Positions 35,995-50,550 of a stretch of DNA of 64,000 nucleotides are shown one piece after another. Within the stretch, counting starts at the first letter, position 1. The number at the start of each line of letters is the position of its first letter. The DNA is from Squalus acanthias (lineage: Eukaryota). Where the stretch lies: the NCBI GenBank assembly GCA_030390025.1, contig JASTWF010000033.1, positions 2,730,001-2,794,000 of the forward strand. The letters run 5' to 3'. Position numbers and translations under genes: made by a program. The notes beneath the pieces are model-generated. The model ran no database searches and was not told the origin of the DNA. It saw only the letters and a list, made by a program, of their open reading frames with translations.

Positions 35995-38730
35995 GACACT
36001 CTGTGTTTTTCCTCACAGCTTACTGTCCCACCTAACTTTGTTTCATCAGCAAACTTGGGTACATTACACTCGGTCCCTTCATCTAGGTCCTTAATATAGA
36101 TTGAATATAGCTGAGGCGCCAACATTGAAACTTGCAGCACCCCACTAGTTACAGCCTGGCAACCTGAACACGATCCGTTTATCACTACCTCTGTTTACTG
36201 TCCGTTAACCAATCATGAATCCATGCTACTATATTACCGCCAACCTCATGATCTCTAATCTTGTGTAATAACCTTTGATGTGGAAACTTATCGAATATCC
36301 TTTTCCAAATCGCAATATATTACATCCACTGGATCCCCTTTATCGACACTGCTAGTTACATCCTTAAAAAACTCTAATAAATTTGTCAAACACGATTTCC
36401 CTTTCATAAAACCATGTTGACTCAGACTAAACATGTTATGATTTTCTAAGTGCCATGATACAACTTCCTTTTCAATCGATTCCAATATTTTCCCAACGAC
36501 TGTTGTCAGTCTAACTTGCCTGCAGTTCCCTGTTTTTTATCTCCCTCCTTTCTTGAATAGCGGTCTTACGTTTGCGACCTTCCAATTCAGTGGGACCATT
36601 TCAGAATCTAGAGAATTTTGGAAGATCAAAAGCAATGCATCCTCTATCTCTTCAGCCATCTCTTTTAGAATCCTAGGATGTAGGCCTTTTTATCCAGGGG
36701 ATTTGTCTGCTTTGAGTCCCATGAGTTTATCGAGTACTTTTTCTCTATGTATATTAATTACCTTAAGTTCCTTACACTCATTAGACCATTGGTTCCGCAG
36801 ATTTTTGGTTTGCTTTTTGTGTCTTCTACTGTGAAACAGATACAAAATATTTGTTTATCCTTTCCGCCATTTCCTTATTCCTCATAATAATTTCTTCTGT
36901 CTCAGATTCTACGGGACCAACGTTTACTTTTGCTACTCTCTTCCTTTTTAGATACTTGTAGAAGCTCTTACAATTCGCTTTTATATTTCTTGCTAGTTTT
37001 ATCTCATATTTTTTTTTCCCTTTTCATCAATGTTTTGGCCAATCTTTGCTTGTTTCTGAAACTCTCCTAATCCTCAGGCTTATATTATTCTTTGCAACGG
37101 TATAACATTATAAGCTTCTTCTTTCAATCTAATGCTATCCTTAACTTCTTTATTTAGCCACGGTTGGATCACTTTTCCCGTGGAATTTCTTTTCTCAATA
37201 GAATGTATTTTTGTTGGGAATTATGAAATATTTCTTTAAATGCTATCTACTGCTCATCTACCACCATAACTTTTAATCTATTTTTTCCAATCTACCTTTG
37301 CAAACTCGCCCACCATACCTATGTAATTGGCTTCATTTAAGTTTAAGTCTCCAGTTTCGGACTGGGGCAAGTCACTCTCAAAATTAAGGTCAAATTCTAT
37401 CAAATTATGATCACTCCGCTCCAGAGGATCCTTTACTAAGAGATTGCTAATGAACCCTGTCTCATTTCAGAATACAAGATCTAAAATAACCTATTACCTG
37501 GTTGGTTCCATGAAATATTGTTCTAGGAAACTGTCGCGAATGCATTCCGTGAACTCATACTGCAGCCTACCTTTGACAATTTGATTTGTCCAGTCTATTT
37601 GAAGATTAAAGTCCCCCAAGATTATTGCATTACCTTTGTTGCAAGCTCCTACTAATTCTTGATTAATATTCTGTCCAACGGTGTAGCTATTGTAAGGGGG
37701 CATCTATACTACTCCTACCAGTGTTTTCTGTCCATTGTTATTCCTTATCTCCACCCATACTGATTCTACATCCTGATCTTCCGAGCCGAGATCCTTTCTC
37801 GCTATTGTCCTTATCATCATTTATTATCAGGTCTACTCCCACTCCTTTTCCATTCTGCCTGTCTTTTCGAAACGTCAAGTACCCTGGAACATTTAGTTCC
37901 CAGCCTTGGCCAACTCTGTAATGGCTATTAGATCAAACCCATGTATCTCTATTTGTGCCATTGGTTCATCTCTCTTGTTACGAATGCTTCGTGCATTCAG
38001 ATAACAAGCCATTAATGTAATGCTTTAAACATTATCCCCTGCTTTGACCTTATTCTTTGCTGAAATGTTACCGTTAAAATCACTGTCCATTCCTGTCACA
38101 CTCTGCTTATTTGTATCCAAATCGCTGCACTGCTCTATTGCCTTTACCTTTCTTTTTAGATTTCTAAATTTCCTCTCACCTGACCCCCCCCCCCCCGTTT
38201 TTTAATTCGTAGTTCTACCTATGTCGTTGGTTCCTACATAGTTCACGTCAACTAGATACTACCCCTGCAAATTCTTCTCCAGCCGCGAGGAGATATCCTT
38301 ATCCCTGGCACCGGGCAGGCAGAACAGTCTTCGGGACTCTCTTTCACGGCTGCAGAGAAGAGTATCTAACCCCCTGAGTATACTGGCCCCCTACTACTAC
38401 CACAGTCCTTCCTTCTCCCCCCACTTGTATGGCCCCCTGTATCACAGTGCCGTGGTCCGTTTGCCGATCCTCCCTGCAGTCCTTTTCCTGATCCACACAT
38501 GTAGAAAGTACCTCGTACCTGTTGGACAAGGACCAGGGCTGAGGCTCCTCCATCACTAAATGCTGGGTCGCCATCCATTCCTGACTTGCAGTCACACCGT
38601 CCTGTCCCTGACCTCTGACGAACTCTAAAGTACTAAAGGGTGTGACTGCCTCCTGGAACAAAGTGTCCACTTAATTCTCCCCCTTCCTAATGCATCGCAA
38701 AATCTGCAGCTCGCACTCCAGCTCAACAAT
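35995..38730 (-). mobile_element. Decayed CR1 (ORF1 remnant, APE, RT)
   Basis: LSNRYEVLS ORF1 motif; GDFN; QHGFMKGKSCLTNLLEFF. Confidence 0.85.
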
Positions 38731-38740
38731 TGTTCCTTAA

Positions 38741-40531
38741 GTGGATGAGAATGGGGAATTAATAATGGGGAACGGGGAAACGGCAGAGATTCTGAACAAA
38801 TATTTTGTATCTGTCTTCACGCTAGAAGACACTAACAACATCCCAATAATGGATAATCAAGGGGCCACAGGGAGGGGGGATCTAAAGACAATCACTATCA
38901 CGAAGGAAAAAGTACCTGGTAAAATAATAGGACTAAAAGACGACAAGACCCCTGGACCAGATGGCCTGCATCCCAAGGTCTTAAAAGAAGTGACTGCAGA
39001 GATAGCGGATGCATAGCTTGCAATTGCAATATACCAAAATTTCCTGGACTCTGGAGAGGTCCCAGCGGATTGGAAAACCGCAATGTAACACCCCTATTTA
39101 AGAAAGGAGGGAGGCAGAAAGCAGGATACTATAGACCAGTTAGCCTATAATCTGTCGTTGGGAAAATGCTGGAGTCCATCATTAAGGAAGCAGTAGCAGG
39201 GCATTTGGAAAATCATAATGCAGTCAAGCAGAGCCAGCATCGTTTTATGAAAGGGAAATCATGTTTAACAAATTTGCTGGAGTGCTTTCAGGATGTAACG
39301 AGCAGGGTGGACAAGGGTGAGCAGGTGGATGTGGTGTAATTGGATTTCCAGAAGGAAATCGATAAGGTGCCACATAAAAGGTTACTGTATAAGATAAGAG
39401 CTCACGGAGTATGGGGTAATATATTAGCATGGATAGAGAATTGGCTAACTAACAGAAAGCAGAGAGTTGGGATAAATGGGTAATTTTCCGGTTGGCAAAC
39501 GGTAACTAGTGGGATGCCACAGGGTTTGGTGCTGGGGCGTCATCTATTTGCAATCTACATTAATGACTTCTATGAAGAGACCGAGTGTAATGAAGCAAAG
39601 TTTGCGGAAGATACAAAGATAGGTGGGAAAGCAAGTTGTGCAGAGGACTCAAATAATCTGCAAAGGGATATAGACAGGCTAAGTAAGTGGACAAACATTT
39701 GGCAGATGGAGTATAATGTGGGAAGGTGCGAGGTTATCCTCTTTGTCGGGAAAAATAAAAAAGCCAATTATTGAAATGGAGATAGATTACAAAATGCTAC
39801 AGTTCAGAGGGACCTGGGGGTCCTTGTGCATGAAACACATACATTTGCATGCAGGTACAGCAAGTAATCAAAAAGAAAAAATGGAGCATTGGCCTTTATT
39901 ACAAGAGGGTTGGAATATAAAAGCAGGGAAGACCTGCTCCATCTTTACAGGGTATTGGTGAGACCACAGCTTGAGTACTGCGTACACTTTGGTCTCCATA
40001 TTTAAGGAAGGATATGCTTGCATTGGAGACAGTTCAGAGACAATTGACACGGTTGATTCCGGAGAAGAGGGGTTTGACGTATGAAGAAATTTTGAGCAGG
40101 CTGGGCCTATACTCATTGGAATTTAGAAGAATGAAATGTGATCTTATTGAAACATATAAGATACCGAGGGGGCTCGACAAGATAGATGCAGAGTGGATGT
40201 TTCCCCCCGTGTGGAAAATTAGAACGCGGGGGCAAATTCGCAGAATAAAGGGTCGCCCTTTCAGAACTGAGATGAGGAGGAATTTCTTCTCTCAGAGGGT
40301 TGTAAATCAGTGGAATTCTCTGCCCCAGAGAGCCGTGGAGGCTGGGAAATTAAATACATTTAAGGTGGAGATAGACACATTTTTGCAAGATAAGGGAGTG
40401 TAGGGTTATGGGGAGCGGGCAGAGAAGTGGCTTTGAGTCCAAGATCAGCCATGATCTAATTGAATGGTGGAGCAGGATCGAGGGGACAAGTGGCCTATTC
40501 CTGCTCCTATTTCTTATGTTTTGTTCTTATG
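38741..40531 (+). mobile_element. 5'-truncated CR1 LINE
   Basis: KTPGPDGLHPKVLKE; FAED; FFSQRVVNQWNSL; TTCTTATG tail. Confidence 0.9.
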
Positions 40532-40537
40532 TTAAAC

Positions 40538-41203
40538 TGACAGGACCAGTCACAGAGGCTTTGCAAAGAGACAGCACCAGTCACATAGGCTTTTTAAAAA
40601 TGCTCGACCAGACACACAGGCTTTCTAAAGAGACAGAACCAGTCACACAGGCTTTGTAAAGAGACAGGCTCATTCACGTAGCCTTTTTAAAGAGACAGGA
40701 CCAGTCACATAGGCTTTTTCAAGAGACAGGACCAGACACACAGGCTTTTTAAAGGTACAGGACCAGTCACATACGCTTTATCAATGGACAGGTCCAGCCA
40801 GACAGGCTTTATAAAGAGACAGGACCAGCCAGACAGGCTTTATAAAGAGACAGGACCAGCCAGACAGGCTTTATAAAGAGACAGGACCAGCCAGACAGGC
40901 TTTATAAAGAGACAGGACCAGCCAGACAGGCTTTATAAAGAGACAGGACCAGTCACACAGGTTGTCTAAAGAGACAGGACCAGCCAGACAGGCATTATAA
41001 AGATACAGGGACAGGCACACAGTGTTTGTAATAGACAGGGCCAGTTACACAGGCTTTTTAAAGAGACAGGACCAGTCACACAGGCTTTATAGAGAGACAG
41101 GACCAGACAGATAGGCTTTTTAAAGTGACAGGACCATTCACATAGGCTTTTTAAAGAGACAGAACTAGTCACACTGGCTTTTTAAAGAGAGCAGGCCAGA
41201 CAC
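40538..41203. repeat. 30-31-bp satellite, block 1
   Basis: Unit GACAGGACCAGTCACACAGGCTTTNTAAAGA. Confidence 0.95.
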
Positions 41204-41206
41204 TTA

Positions 41207-42457
41207 GATTTCTATGTAAGGACTCTATTCCATTCTCCCAGTTTCTCTGTCTCCGCCGCATATGCTCTGACGATGCCACCTTCCATACCAGTGCTTCCGA
41301 CATGTCTTCCTTTTTCCTCAAACGAGGATTCCCCACTACTGTGGTTGACACGGCCCTCGACCGTGTCCATTCTATCTCCCGCACTTCTGCCCTAACCCCT
41401 GCCCCTCCCTCCCGGAACCACGATAAAGTTCCCCTTGTCCTCACCTTTCACCCCACCAGCCTTCACATTCAACGGATCATCCTCCGCCATTTCCGAAACT
41501 TCTAGAGATCCCAACACCAAACGCATCTTCCCCTCACCTCCCCTTTCAGCATTCCGCAGGGACCGCTCCCTCCGCGACACCCTAGTCCACTCCTCTATCA
41601 CCCCCAGCACCCCTTCCCCTTCGCCCGGCACCTTCACGTGCAAGCGCAGGCTATGCAACACATGCCCTTATACCTCCCCTCTTCCCACTGTCCAGGGCCC
41701 CAAACACCACTTCCAGGTGAAACAGCGATTTACTTGTACTTCCTGCAATTTAGTATACTGTATTCGCTGCTCACGATGTGGTCTCCTCTACACTGGGGAG
41801 ACCAAACGCAGATTGGGTGACAGCTTTGCGGAACACCTCCATTCAGTCCGTGAGGGGGACCCCGAGCTCCCGGTGGCCTGTCAATTTAATTCTCCGCTCC
41901 ACTCCCACTCTGACCTCACCGACCTCGGCCTCTTGCATTGTTCCACAGAAGTTCAGCGTAAGCTCGAGGAACAGCACCTCCTCTTTCGTATAGGCTCCCT
42001 AAAGCCATCTGGACTCAACATCGAGTTCAACAATTTCAGATCATAACCTCTGTCCCTATCACATTTATATGTTTTTATTTTATTTTTTCATCCACCCTTT
42101 TGTTTGCCATTTCTTTCCCTCCCAGAAGCTGCCAGCTGTCCTTCATTCTGCCAGCGCATCTCACACTTATTCTAGCCTCAACCTCTCACATTAACACCTC
42201 CTCTTGCCTTGATTATCTCTTAATGTCACTCAATGTCTCTTAATCTCTCCTGCTTTATATCCCAGCACTGACCTTCCCTTTTGTTCTTTCTTCCCCTCCC
42301 CCTTTTCCCAGCTTTATCCTTGCTTTCAATCTATTTCATTTCCTGCTTTTTTCCAGTACTGACGAAAGGACTTCGACCTGAAACGTTAACTCTGTTTCTC
42401 TCTCCACGGTTGCGGCCTGGCCTGCTGAATTTTTCCAGCGTTTTCTGTTGTTATTTA
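41207..42457 (+). mobile_element. Penelope-like element 3' part with GIY-YIG endonuclease
   Basis: TCKRRLCNTC...VYCIRCSRCGLLYTGETKRRL..F.EH in ORF 41435-42046. Confidence 0.92.
42355..42391 (+). ncRNA. Minimal type I hammerhead ribozyme motif
   Basis: AGTA-CTGACGA-AAGGACTTCGACCT-GAAA-CGTT-AACT; both core boxes intact. Confidence 0.68.
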
Positions 42458-44130
42458 GGCTTTCTAATGGACAGGAGAAGTCACACAGGCTTTCTAATAG
42501 ACAGGACCAGACACATAGGCTTTCTAACTGACAGGACCAATCACACAGGCTTTCTAATAGACAGGACGAGACACACATGCTTTCTAATAGGCAGGACCAG
42601 TCAAACAGGCTTTATAAAGAGACACGGCGAGTCACACAGGCTTTACAAAAAGTCAGGACCAGGTATACAGGTTTTCCAATAGACAGGGTCAGTCACATAG
42701 ACTTTCTAATAGACAGGACCAGTCACATAGGATTTTTAAAGAGACTGGACCATTCACACAGGGTTGAGAAAGAGACAGGGTCAGTCACACAGGCTTTCTA
42801 ATAGACAGGGCAGGACACATAAGCTTTCTAATAGGCAGGACCAGTAACACAGACTTTCTAATAGACAGGACCAGACACACAGGCTTTCTAATAGACAGGA
42901 CCAGTCACACAGGCTTTATAAAGAGACACGACGAGTCACACAGGCTTTAGAAAGAGACAGGACCAGGTACACAGGCTTTCTAAAGACACAGGACCAGTCA
43001 CACAGGCTTTCTAAAGAGACAGAACCAGACACACAGGCTTTCTAAAGAGACAGGGCCAGACATAGAGACTTTTTAAAGAGACAGCACCAGTCACACAGGC
43101 TTTCTAAAGAGACAGGACAAGTCACACAGTCTTTCAATTAGACAGGATCAGACAAACAGCCTTTCTAAAGAGACAGGATCAGTCACACAGGCTTTTTAAA
43201 GAGACAGGACCAGTCACATACGCTTTCTAAAGAGACAGGACCAGCCACACAGGCTTTTTAAAGAGACAGGACCAGTCACACATGCTTTATAAAGAGACAG
43301 GGCCAGTCACGCAGGCTTTCTAAAGAGACAGGACCAGTCACACAGGCTGTCTAAAGAGACAGGACCAGTCACACAGGCTTATTAATGAGACAGGACCCGT
43401 CACACAGGCTTTTTAAAGCGACAGGACCAGTCACACAGGCTTTCTAAAGAGACCGGATCAGTCACACAGGCTTTCTAAAGAGACCGGATCAGTCACAGAG
43501 GCTTTTTAAAGAGACAGGACCAGTCACATAGGCTTTCTAAAGAGACAGGATCAGTCACACAGGCTTTTTAAAGAGACTGGACCCTCACATAGGCTTTCTA
43601 AGAGATAGGACCAGTCACACAGGCTTTTTAAAGAGACATGACCAGTCACACAGGCTTTCTAAAGAGACAGGATCAGTCACACAGGCTTTTTAAAGAGACA
43701 GGACCAGTCACATAGGCTTTCTAAAGAGACAGGACCAGTCACACAGGCTTTTTAAAGAGACAGGACGAGTCACACAGGCTTTATAAAGAGACAGGACCAG
43801 TCACACAGGCTTTTTAAAGAGACAGGACCATTCACACATGCTTTCTAAAGAGACAGGACCAGTCTCATAGGCTTTCTAAAGAGACAGGACCAGTCACACA
43901 GGCTTTTTAAAGAGACAGGACGAGTCACACAGACTTTATAAAGAGACAGGACCAGACAAATAGACTTTCTAAAGAGACAGGACTAGACTCGTAGGCTTTT
44001 TAAAGAGACAGGACCAGTCACACTGGCTTTATATAGAGACAGGACCTGTCACACAAACTTTAAAAAGAGACAGGATCAGACACTTTGGTTTGAAAAAGAG
44101 ACAGGATCAGTCAGATAGGCTTTATAAAGA
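42458..44130. repeat. 30-31-bp satellite, block 2
   Basis: Same unit as block 1. Confidence 0.95.
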
Positions 44131-44141
44131 GGTAGCACCAA

Positions 44142-46586
44142 AGAAACATAAAAACATAGAAGATAGGAGCAGGAGTAGGCCATTCGGCCCCTCGAGCCTG
44201 CTCCGCCATTCGATGAGATCATGGCTGATCATCCAAACTCAGTACCCTGTACCTGCCTTCTCCCCATATCCCTTGATACGTTTAGCTTTATTAAATATAT
44301 CTAACTCATTCTTGAATATATTTAATGACTTGGCCTCAACTAACTTCTGTGGTAGATAATTCCACAGGTTCACCACTCTCTGGGTGAAGAAATTCTTCCT
44401 CATTTCTGTCCTAAATGACTTACCCCTTATCCTTAGATTATGACCCCTGGTTCTGGACTCTCCGACCACCGGGAACATTCTTCCTGCATCTAGTTAGTCC
44501 AGACCTTGTCAGAATTTTATATGTTTCGATTAGATCCCCTCTCAAACTTCTTTACTCCAGCGTGTATAAGCCCAAACGACCCAATCTCTCCTCATATGTC
44601 ATTCCTGCCATCCCAGGTATCATCCTTGTGAATCTTCGCTGAACTCCTTGCATGGCAAGAACATCCTTCCTCGGATAAGGCGACCAAAACTGCACACAGT
44701 AATCAAGGTGTGGTCTCACCAAGGCCCTGTACAACTGCAGCAGGACATCCCTGTTCCTATACTCAAACCCTTTCGCTATGAAGGCCAACATACCATTTGC
44801 CTTCTTCACCGCCTGCTGCACATGCATGCTTACTTTCAGCGACTGGTGCACAAGGACACCCAGGTCTCGTTGCACTTCCCCTTCTCCCAATCTATTGCCA
44901 TTCTGATAATAGTCTGCCTTTGTGTTTTTGATACCAAAGTGGATAACCTCGATTTTATCCACGTTATAGAACATAGAACATAGAACATAGAACAGTACAG
45001 CACAGTGCAGGCCCTTCGGCCCTCGATGTTGTGCCGAGCATTGTCCGAAACCAAGATCAAGCTATCCCACTCCCTATCATTCAGGTGTGCTCCATGTGCT
45101 TATCCAATAACCGCTTGAAAGTTCCTAAAGTGTCCGACTCCACTATCACAGCAGGCAGTCCATTCCACACCCCAACCACTCTCTGAGTAAAGAATCTACC
45201 TCGGACGTCCCTTCTATATCTCCCCCCATGCACCTTATAGTTATGCCCACTTCTAACAGCTACATCCACCCGAGGAAATAGTCTCTAAACATCCACTCTA
45301 TCTATCCCCCTCATCATCTTATAAACCTCTATTAAGTCGCCTCTCATCCTCCTCCGCTCTAAAGAGAAAAGCTCTAGCTCACTCAATCTTTCCTCATAAG
45401 ACCTCCCCCCCAAACCAGGCAGCATCCTGGTAAATCTCCTTTGCACTCTTTCCAATGCTTCCACGTCCTTCCTATAGTGAGGTGACCAGAACTGCACACA
45501 ATATTCCAAATGTGGTCTCACCAAGGTCCTGTACAGTTGCAGCATAACCTCACGGTTCTTAAACTCAAACCCCTTGTTAATAAACGCTAACACACTATAG
45601 GCCTTCTTTACTGCTCTATCCACTTGAGTGGCAACCTTCAAAGATCTGTGGATATGAACCCCCAGATCCCTCTGTTCCTCCACGTTCCTCAGAAACCTGC
45701 CGTTGACCCTGTAATCCTTATTCAAATTTGCCCTACCAAAATGAATCACCTCGCACTTATCCGGGTTAAATTCCATCTGCCATTTTTCGGCCCAGCTCTG
45801 CATCCTATCAATGTCTCTTTGCAGCCTACAACAGCCCTCCACCTCATCCACTACTCCACCAATCTTGGTGTCATCAGCAAATTTACTGATCCACCCTTCA
45901 GTCCCCTCCTCCAAGTCATTGATAAAAATCACAAACAGCAGAGGACCCAGCATCGACCCCTGTGGCACACCGCTGGTAACTGGTCTCCAGTCCGAAAATT
46001 TTCCATCCACCACCACCCTCTGCCTTCTATGAGATAGCCAGTTACTTATCCAATCGGCCAAATTTCCCTCTATCCCACAACTCCTTACTTTCTTCATGAG
46101 CCGATCTTGGGGAACCTTATCAAACGCCTTACTAAAATCCATGTATACGACATCAACTGCTCTACCTTCATCTTGCATCTGCCACGCTTCTGCCCACTCA
46201 CCCAACCTGTCCAAATCATCCTGGAGTTTCTCGGTATCCTCCTCGCAGCACACACGCCCACCCAGCTTTGTGTCATCTGCAAACTTGGAGATATTACATT
46301 TAGTTCCCTTATCCAGATCATTAATGTATATTGTGAATAGCTGGGGTCCAACGACCGATCCCTGCGGTACCTCTCTAGTCACTGCCTGCCACTCGGAAAA
46401 AGACCCACCTATATACGGGTACCAATGAATTGGCCCCGCCCTCTGACTTTGAAAAAAGCCCGCGAAGCTCCTCCCCCGCTGCCGACCGCTCTGTGGAAGA
46501 AAGAAAGGCTTCTCCTCCGCCGCTGTCGACGCTGGTGTGAGGCCTACCTGAGCCTCGGGGCTCCCTTTATCGACTCGCCGCCGCTC
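44142..46586 (-). mobile_element. CR1 LINE with a nested CR1 and a GC-rich 5' segment
   Basis: RT 3' part 44142-44968 continues at 46173 (ccacgttata|ttgcatctgcc, as at 52050). Confidence 0.88.
44969..46172 (-). mobile_element. Nested CR1 of another subfamily
   Basis: (CATAGAA)n tail; RT MDFSKAFDKVP...FADD...DLIEVYK. Confidence 0.9.
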
Positions 46587-49500
46587 CCATAGGCTTTCTG
46601 AAGAGACAGGACCAGACAAACAGGCTTTTTAAAGAGACAGGAACAAACACGTAGGCTTTCTAAAGAGACAGGACCGGACACGCAGGCTTTCTAAAGATAC
46701 AGGACCAGAAACACAGGCTTTCTAAAGATACAGGACCAGAAACACAGGCTTTCTAAAGAGACAGGACCAGTCACACAGGCTTTATAAAGAGACAGGACCA
46801 GTCACAAAGGCTTTATAAAGAGACAGGACCGGACACGCAGGCTTTCTAATAGACAGGACCGGACACACAGGCTTTCTAATAGACAGGACCGGACACACAG
46901 GCTTTCTAAAGATACAGGACCAGAAACACAGGCTTTATAAAGAGACAGGACCAGTCACAAAGGCTTTATAAAGAGACAGGACCGGACACGCAGGCTTTCT
47001 AATAGACAGGACCGGACACACAGGCTTTCTAAAGAGACAGGACCAGTCACACAGGCTTTATAAAGAGACAGGACCATTCACAAAGGCTTTATAAAGAGAC
47101 AGGACCAGTCACAAAGGCTTTATAAAGAGACAGGACCAGTCACAAAGGCTTTATAAAGAGACAGGACCGGACACACAGGCTTTCTAATAGACAGAACCGG
47201 ACAGACAGGCTTTCTAATAGACAGGACCGGACACAGAGGCTTTCTAAAAGACAGGACCAGTGACATAGTATTTATAAAGAGACAGGACCAGTCACACAGG
47301 CTTTATAAAGAGACACAACCAGTCGCAGAGGCCTTATAAAGAGACAGGACCAGTCACACAAGCTTTATAAAGCGACAGGACCAGTAACATAGGTTTTTTT
47401 TAAAGAGACATACCAGTCACACAGGCTTTATAAAGGGACAGGACCAGTAACATAGGGTTTTTAAAGAGACAGGACCAGTCACACAGGCTTTATAAAGGGA
47501 CAGGACCAGAAACATAGGGTTTTTAAAGAGACAGGACCAGTCACACAGGCTTTCTAATAGACAGGATCAGTCACATAGCCTTTTAAAGAGACAGGACCAG
47601 ACACATAGACATTCTAATAGACAGGACATGTCACATAGGCTTTCTGAAGAGACAGGACCAGACAAACAGGCTTTTTAAAGAGACAGGAACAAACACGTAG
47701 GTTTTCTAAAGAGACAGGACCAGTCACACAGGCTTTATAAAGAGACAGGACCAGTCACACAGGCTTTTTAAAGATACAAGATCAGACACACAAGCTTTTT
47801 AAAGAGGCAGGACCAGTCACACAGCCTTTTTAAAGAGACAGGAACAGTCACACAGGCTTTCTACAGAGACAGGTCCAGTCACACAGTCTTATTAAAGAGA
47901 CAGGACCACTCACTCAGGCTTTCTAAAGAGACAGGAGCAGTCGCATAGGCTTTCAAATAGACAGGACCAGTCACACAGGCTTTCAAATAGACGTCCAGTC
48001 ACACAGGCTTTCTAATGAGACAGGACCAGTCACGCGGGTTTTTGAAGAGACAGGGCCAGTCACACAGGCTTTTCAAATAGACAAGACCAGACACATAGGC
48101 TGTATAAAGAGACAGGACCAGTCACACAGTCATTCTAAAGAGACAGGACCAGTCACACAGTCTTTTTAAAGAGACAGGAACAGACACAGGCTTTTTAAAG
48201 ATACAAGATCAGACACACAAGCTTTTTAAAGAGGCAGGACCAGTCACACAGCCTTTTTAAAGAGACAGGAACAGTCACACAGGCTTTCTACAGAGACAGG
48301 TCCAGTCACACAGTCTTATTAAAGAGACAGGACCACTCACTCAGGCTTTCTAAAGAGACAGGAGCAGTCGCATAGGCTTTCAAATAGACAGGACCAGTCA
48401 CACAGGCTTTCAAATAGACGTCCAGTCACACAGGCTTTCTAATGAGACAGGACCAGTCACGCGGGTTTTTGAAGAGACAGGGCCAGTCACACAGGCTTTT
48501 CAAATAGACAAGACCAGACACATAGGCTGTATAAAGAGACAGGACCAGTCACACAGTCATTCTAAAGAGACAGGACCAGTCACACAGTCTTTTTAAAGAG
48601 ACAGGAACAGACACACAGAATTTATAAAGAGACAGGACCAGACACACAGGCTTTTTAAAGAAACAGGACCAGGCACACAGGTTTTCTAAAGTGACAGGAT
48701 CAGTCACACATACGCTTTCTAAAGAGACAGGTCCAGTTACACAGTCTTATTAAAGTGACAGGATCAGTAACACAGTCTTTCTAAAGAGACAGGACCAGAC
48801 AGACAGTCTTTCTAATAGACAGGACCAGTCACACAGGATTTATAAAGAGACAGGACCAGTTATTCCAGCTTTAGAAAGAGACAGGAACAGTCTCACAGCC
48901 TTTCTAAAGAGACAGGATCAGACACATAGGCTTTCTAAAGAGACAGGATCAGACACATAGGCTTTCTAACGAGACAGGAGCAGTCACACAGGCTTTTTAA
49001 AGAGACAAGACCAGACACATATGCAATATAATGAGACAGGATCAGACACACAGACTTTCTAAAGAGACAGGATCAGTCACACAGGTTTTTTAAAGAGACA
49101 GGACCAGTCACACGGGTTTTTTTAAGAGACAAGATCAGTCACACAAGCTTTTTAAAGAGACAGGACCAGACACATAGGCTTTATATAGAGACAGGTCCAG
49201 TCACACAGGCTATTTAAAGAGACAGGACCAGTCACACAGGCTTTGTAAAGAGACAGGAGAAGACACACAGGCATTCTAATAGACAGAACCAGAAACACAG
49301 ACTTTCTAAAGAGACAGGACCAGATACATACACTTTATAATAGACAGGACCAGTCACACAGGATTTTAAATAGACAGGACCAGATACATATACTTTATAA
49401 TAGACAGGACCAGTCACACAGGCGTTCTAATACACAGGACCAGACACAAAGGCTTTCTAATAGACATGACAAGTCACACAGGAACAGACACATAGGCTTT

Positions 49501-50550
49501 CTAATAGACAGGACCAGACACACAGGCTTTCTATTAGACACGACCAGACACACAGGCCTTCTAATAGACAGGACCATTCACACAAGCTTTCTAATTGACA
49601 GGACTAGTCACACAGGCTTTCAAATAGACAGGACCAGATACATATACTTTATAATAGACAGGACCAGTCACACAGGCGTTCTAATAGACAGGACCAGACA
49701 CAAAGGCTTTCTAATAGACATGACAAGTCACACAGGAACAGACACATAGGCTTTCTAATAGACAGGACCAGACACACAGTCCTTCTAATAGACAGGACCA
49801 TTCACACAAGCTTTCTAATTGACAGGACCAGTCACACAGACTTTCTAATGGACAGGATCAGTCATATCGGCTTTATAAAAGACAGGAACATTCACACAGG
49901 CTTTATAAAAAGACAGGACTTGTCTCACAGGCTTTATAAAGAGACAGGACCATTCACACAGGCTTTTTAAAGAGACAGGAACGGTCACACAGGCTATTTA
50001 AAGAGACATGACCAGTTACTCAGGCTTTTAAAGAGACAGGACTAGTCACACAGGCATTTAAAGCGACAGGACCAATCACACAGGCTTTATAAAGAGGCAG
50101 GACCAGTCACACAGGCTTTCAAAAGAGACAGGACCAGGCACACCGGCTTTCTAAAGAGACAGGACCAGTCACACAGGCTTTATAAAGAGGCAGGACCAGT
50201 CACACAGGCTTTCAAAAGAGACAGGACCAGACACACAGGCTTTTGAAAGAGACAAGACCAGTCAACACAGTATTTTTAAAGAGACAGGTTCAATCACACA
50301 GGCTTTTTAAAGAGACAAGACAAGACACATAGGCTTTATAAAGAGACAGGACCAGTCACACAGTCTTTTTTAAGAGACAGGACCAGTCACTCAGGCTTTC
50401 TAAAGAGACAGGAGCAGTTACTGAGGCTTTCTAATAGACAGGAGCAGTCACACAGGCTTCCTAAAGAGACAGGAGCAGTCACGCAGGCGTTTTTTTTAAA
50501 GAGACAGGAAATGTCACACCGGCTTTTTAAGAAGCGAAAACCAGTCACCA
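46587..50550. repeat. 30-31-bp satellite, block 3 (largest)
   Basis: Same unit, with higher-order duplications. Confidence 0.95.

Noticed and set aside
45285..46619. 444-aa ORF with two FADD RT motifs
   Set aside because: Chance in-frame fusion of satellite, host CR1 and nested CR1; the RT pieces are incomplete
40538..50550. CRISPR-like array of ~30-bp repeats
   Set aside because: Units are head-to-tail with no unique spacers, there are no cas genes, and the context is vertebrate
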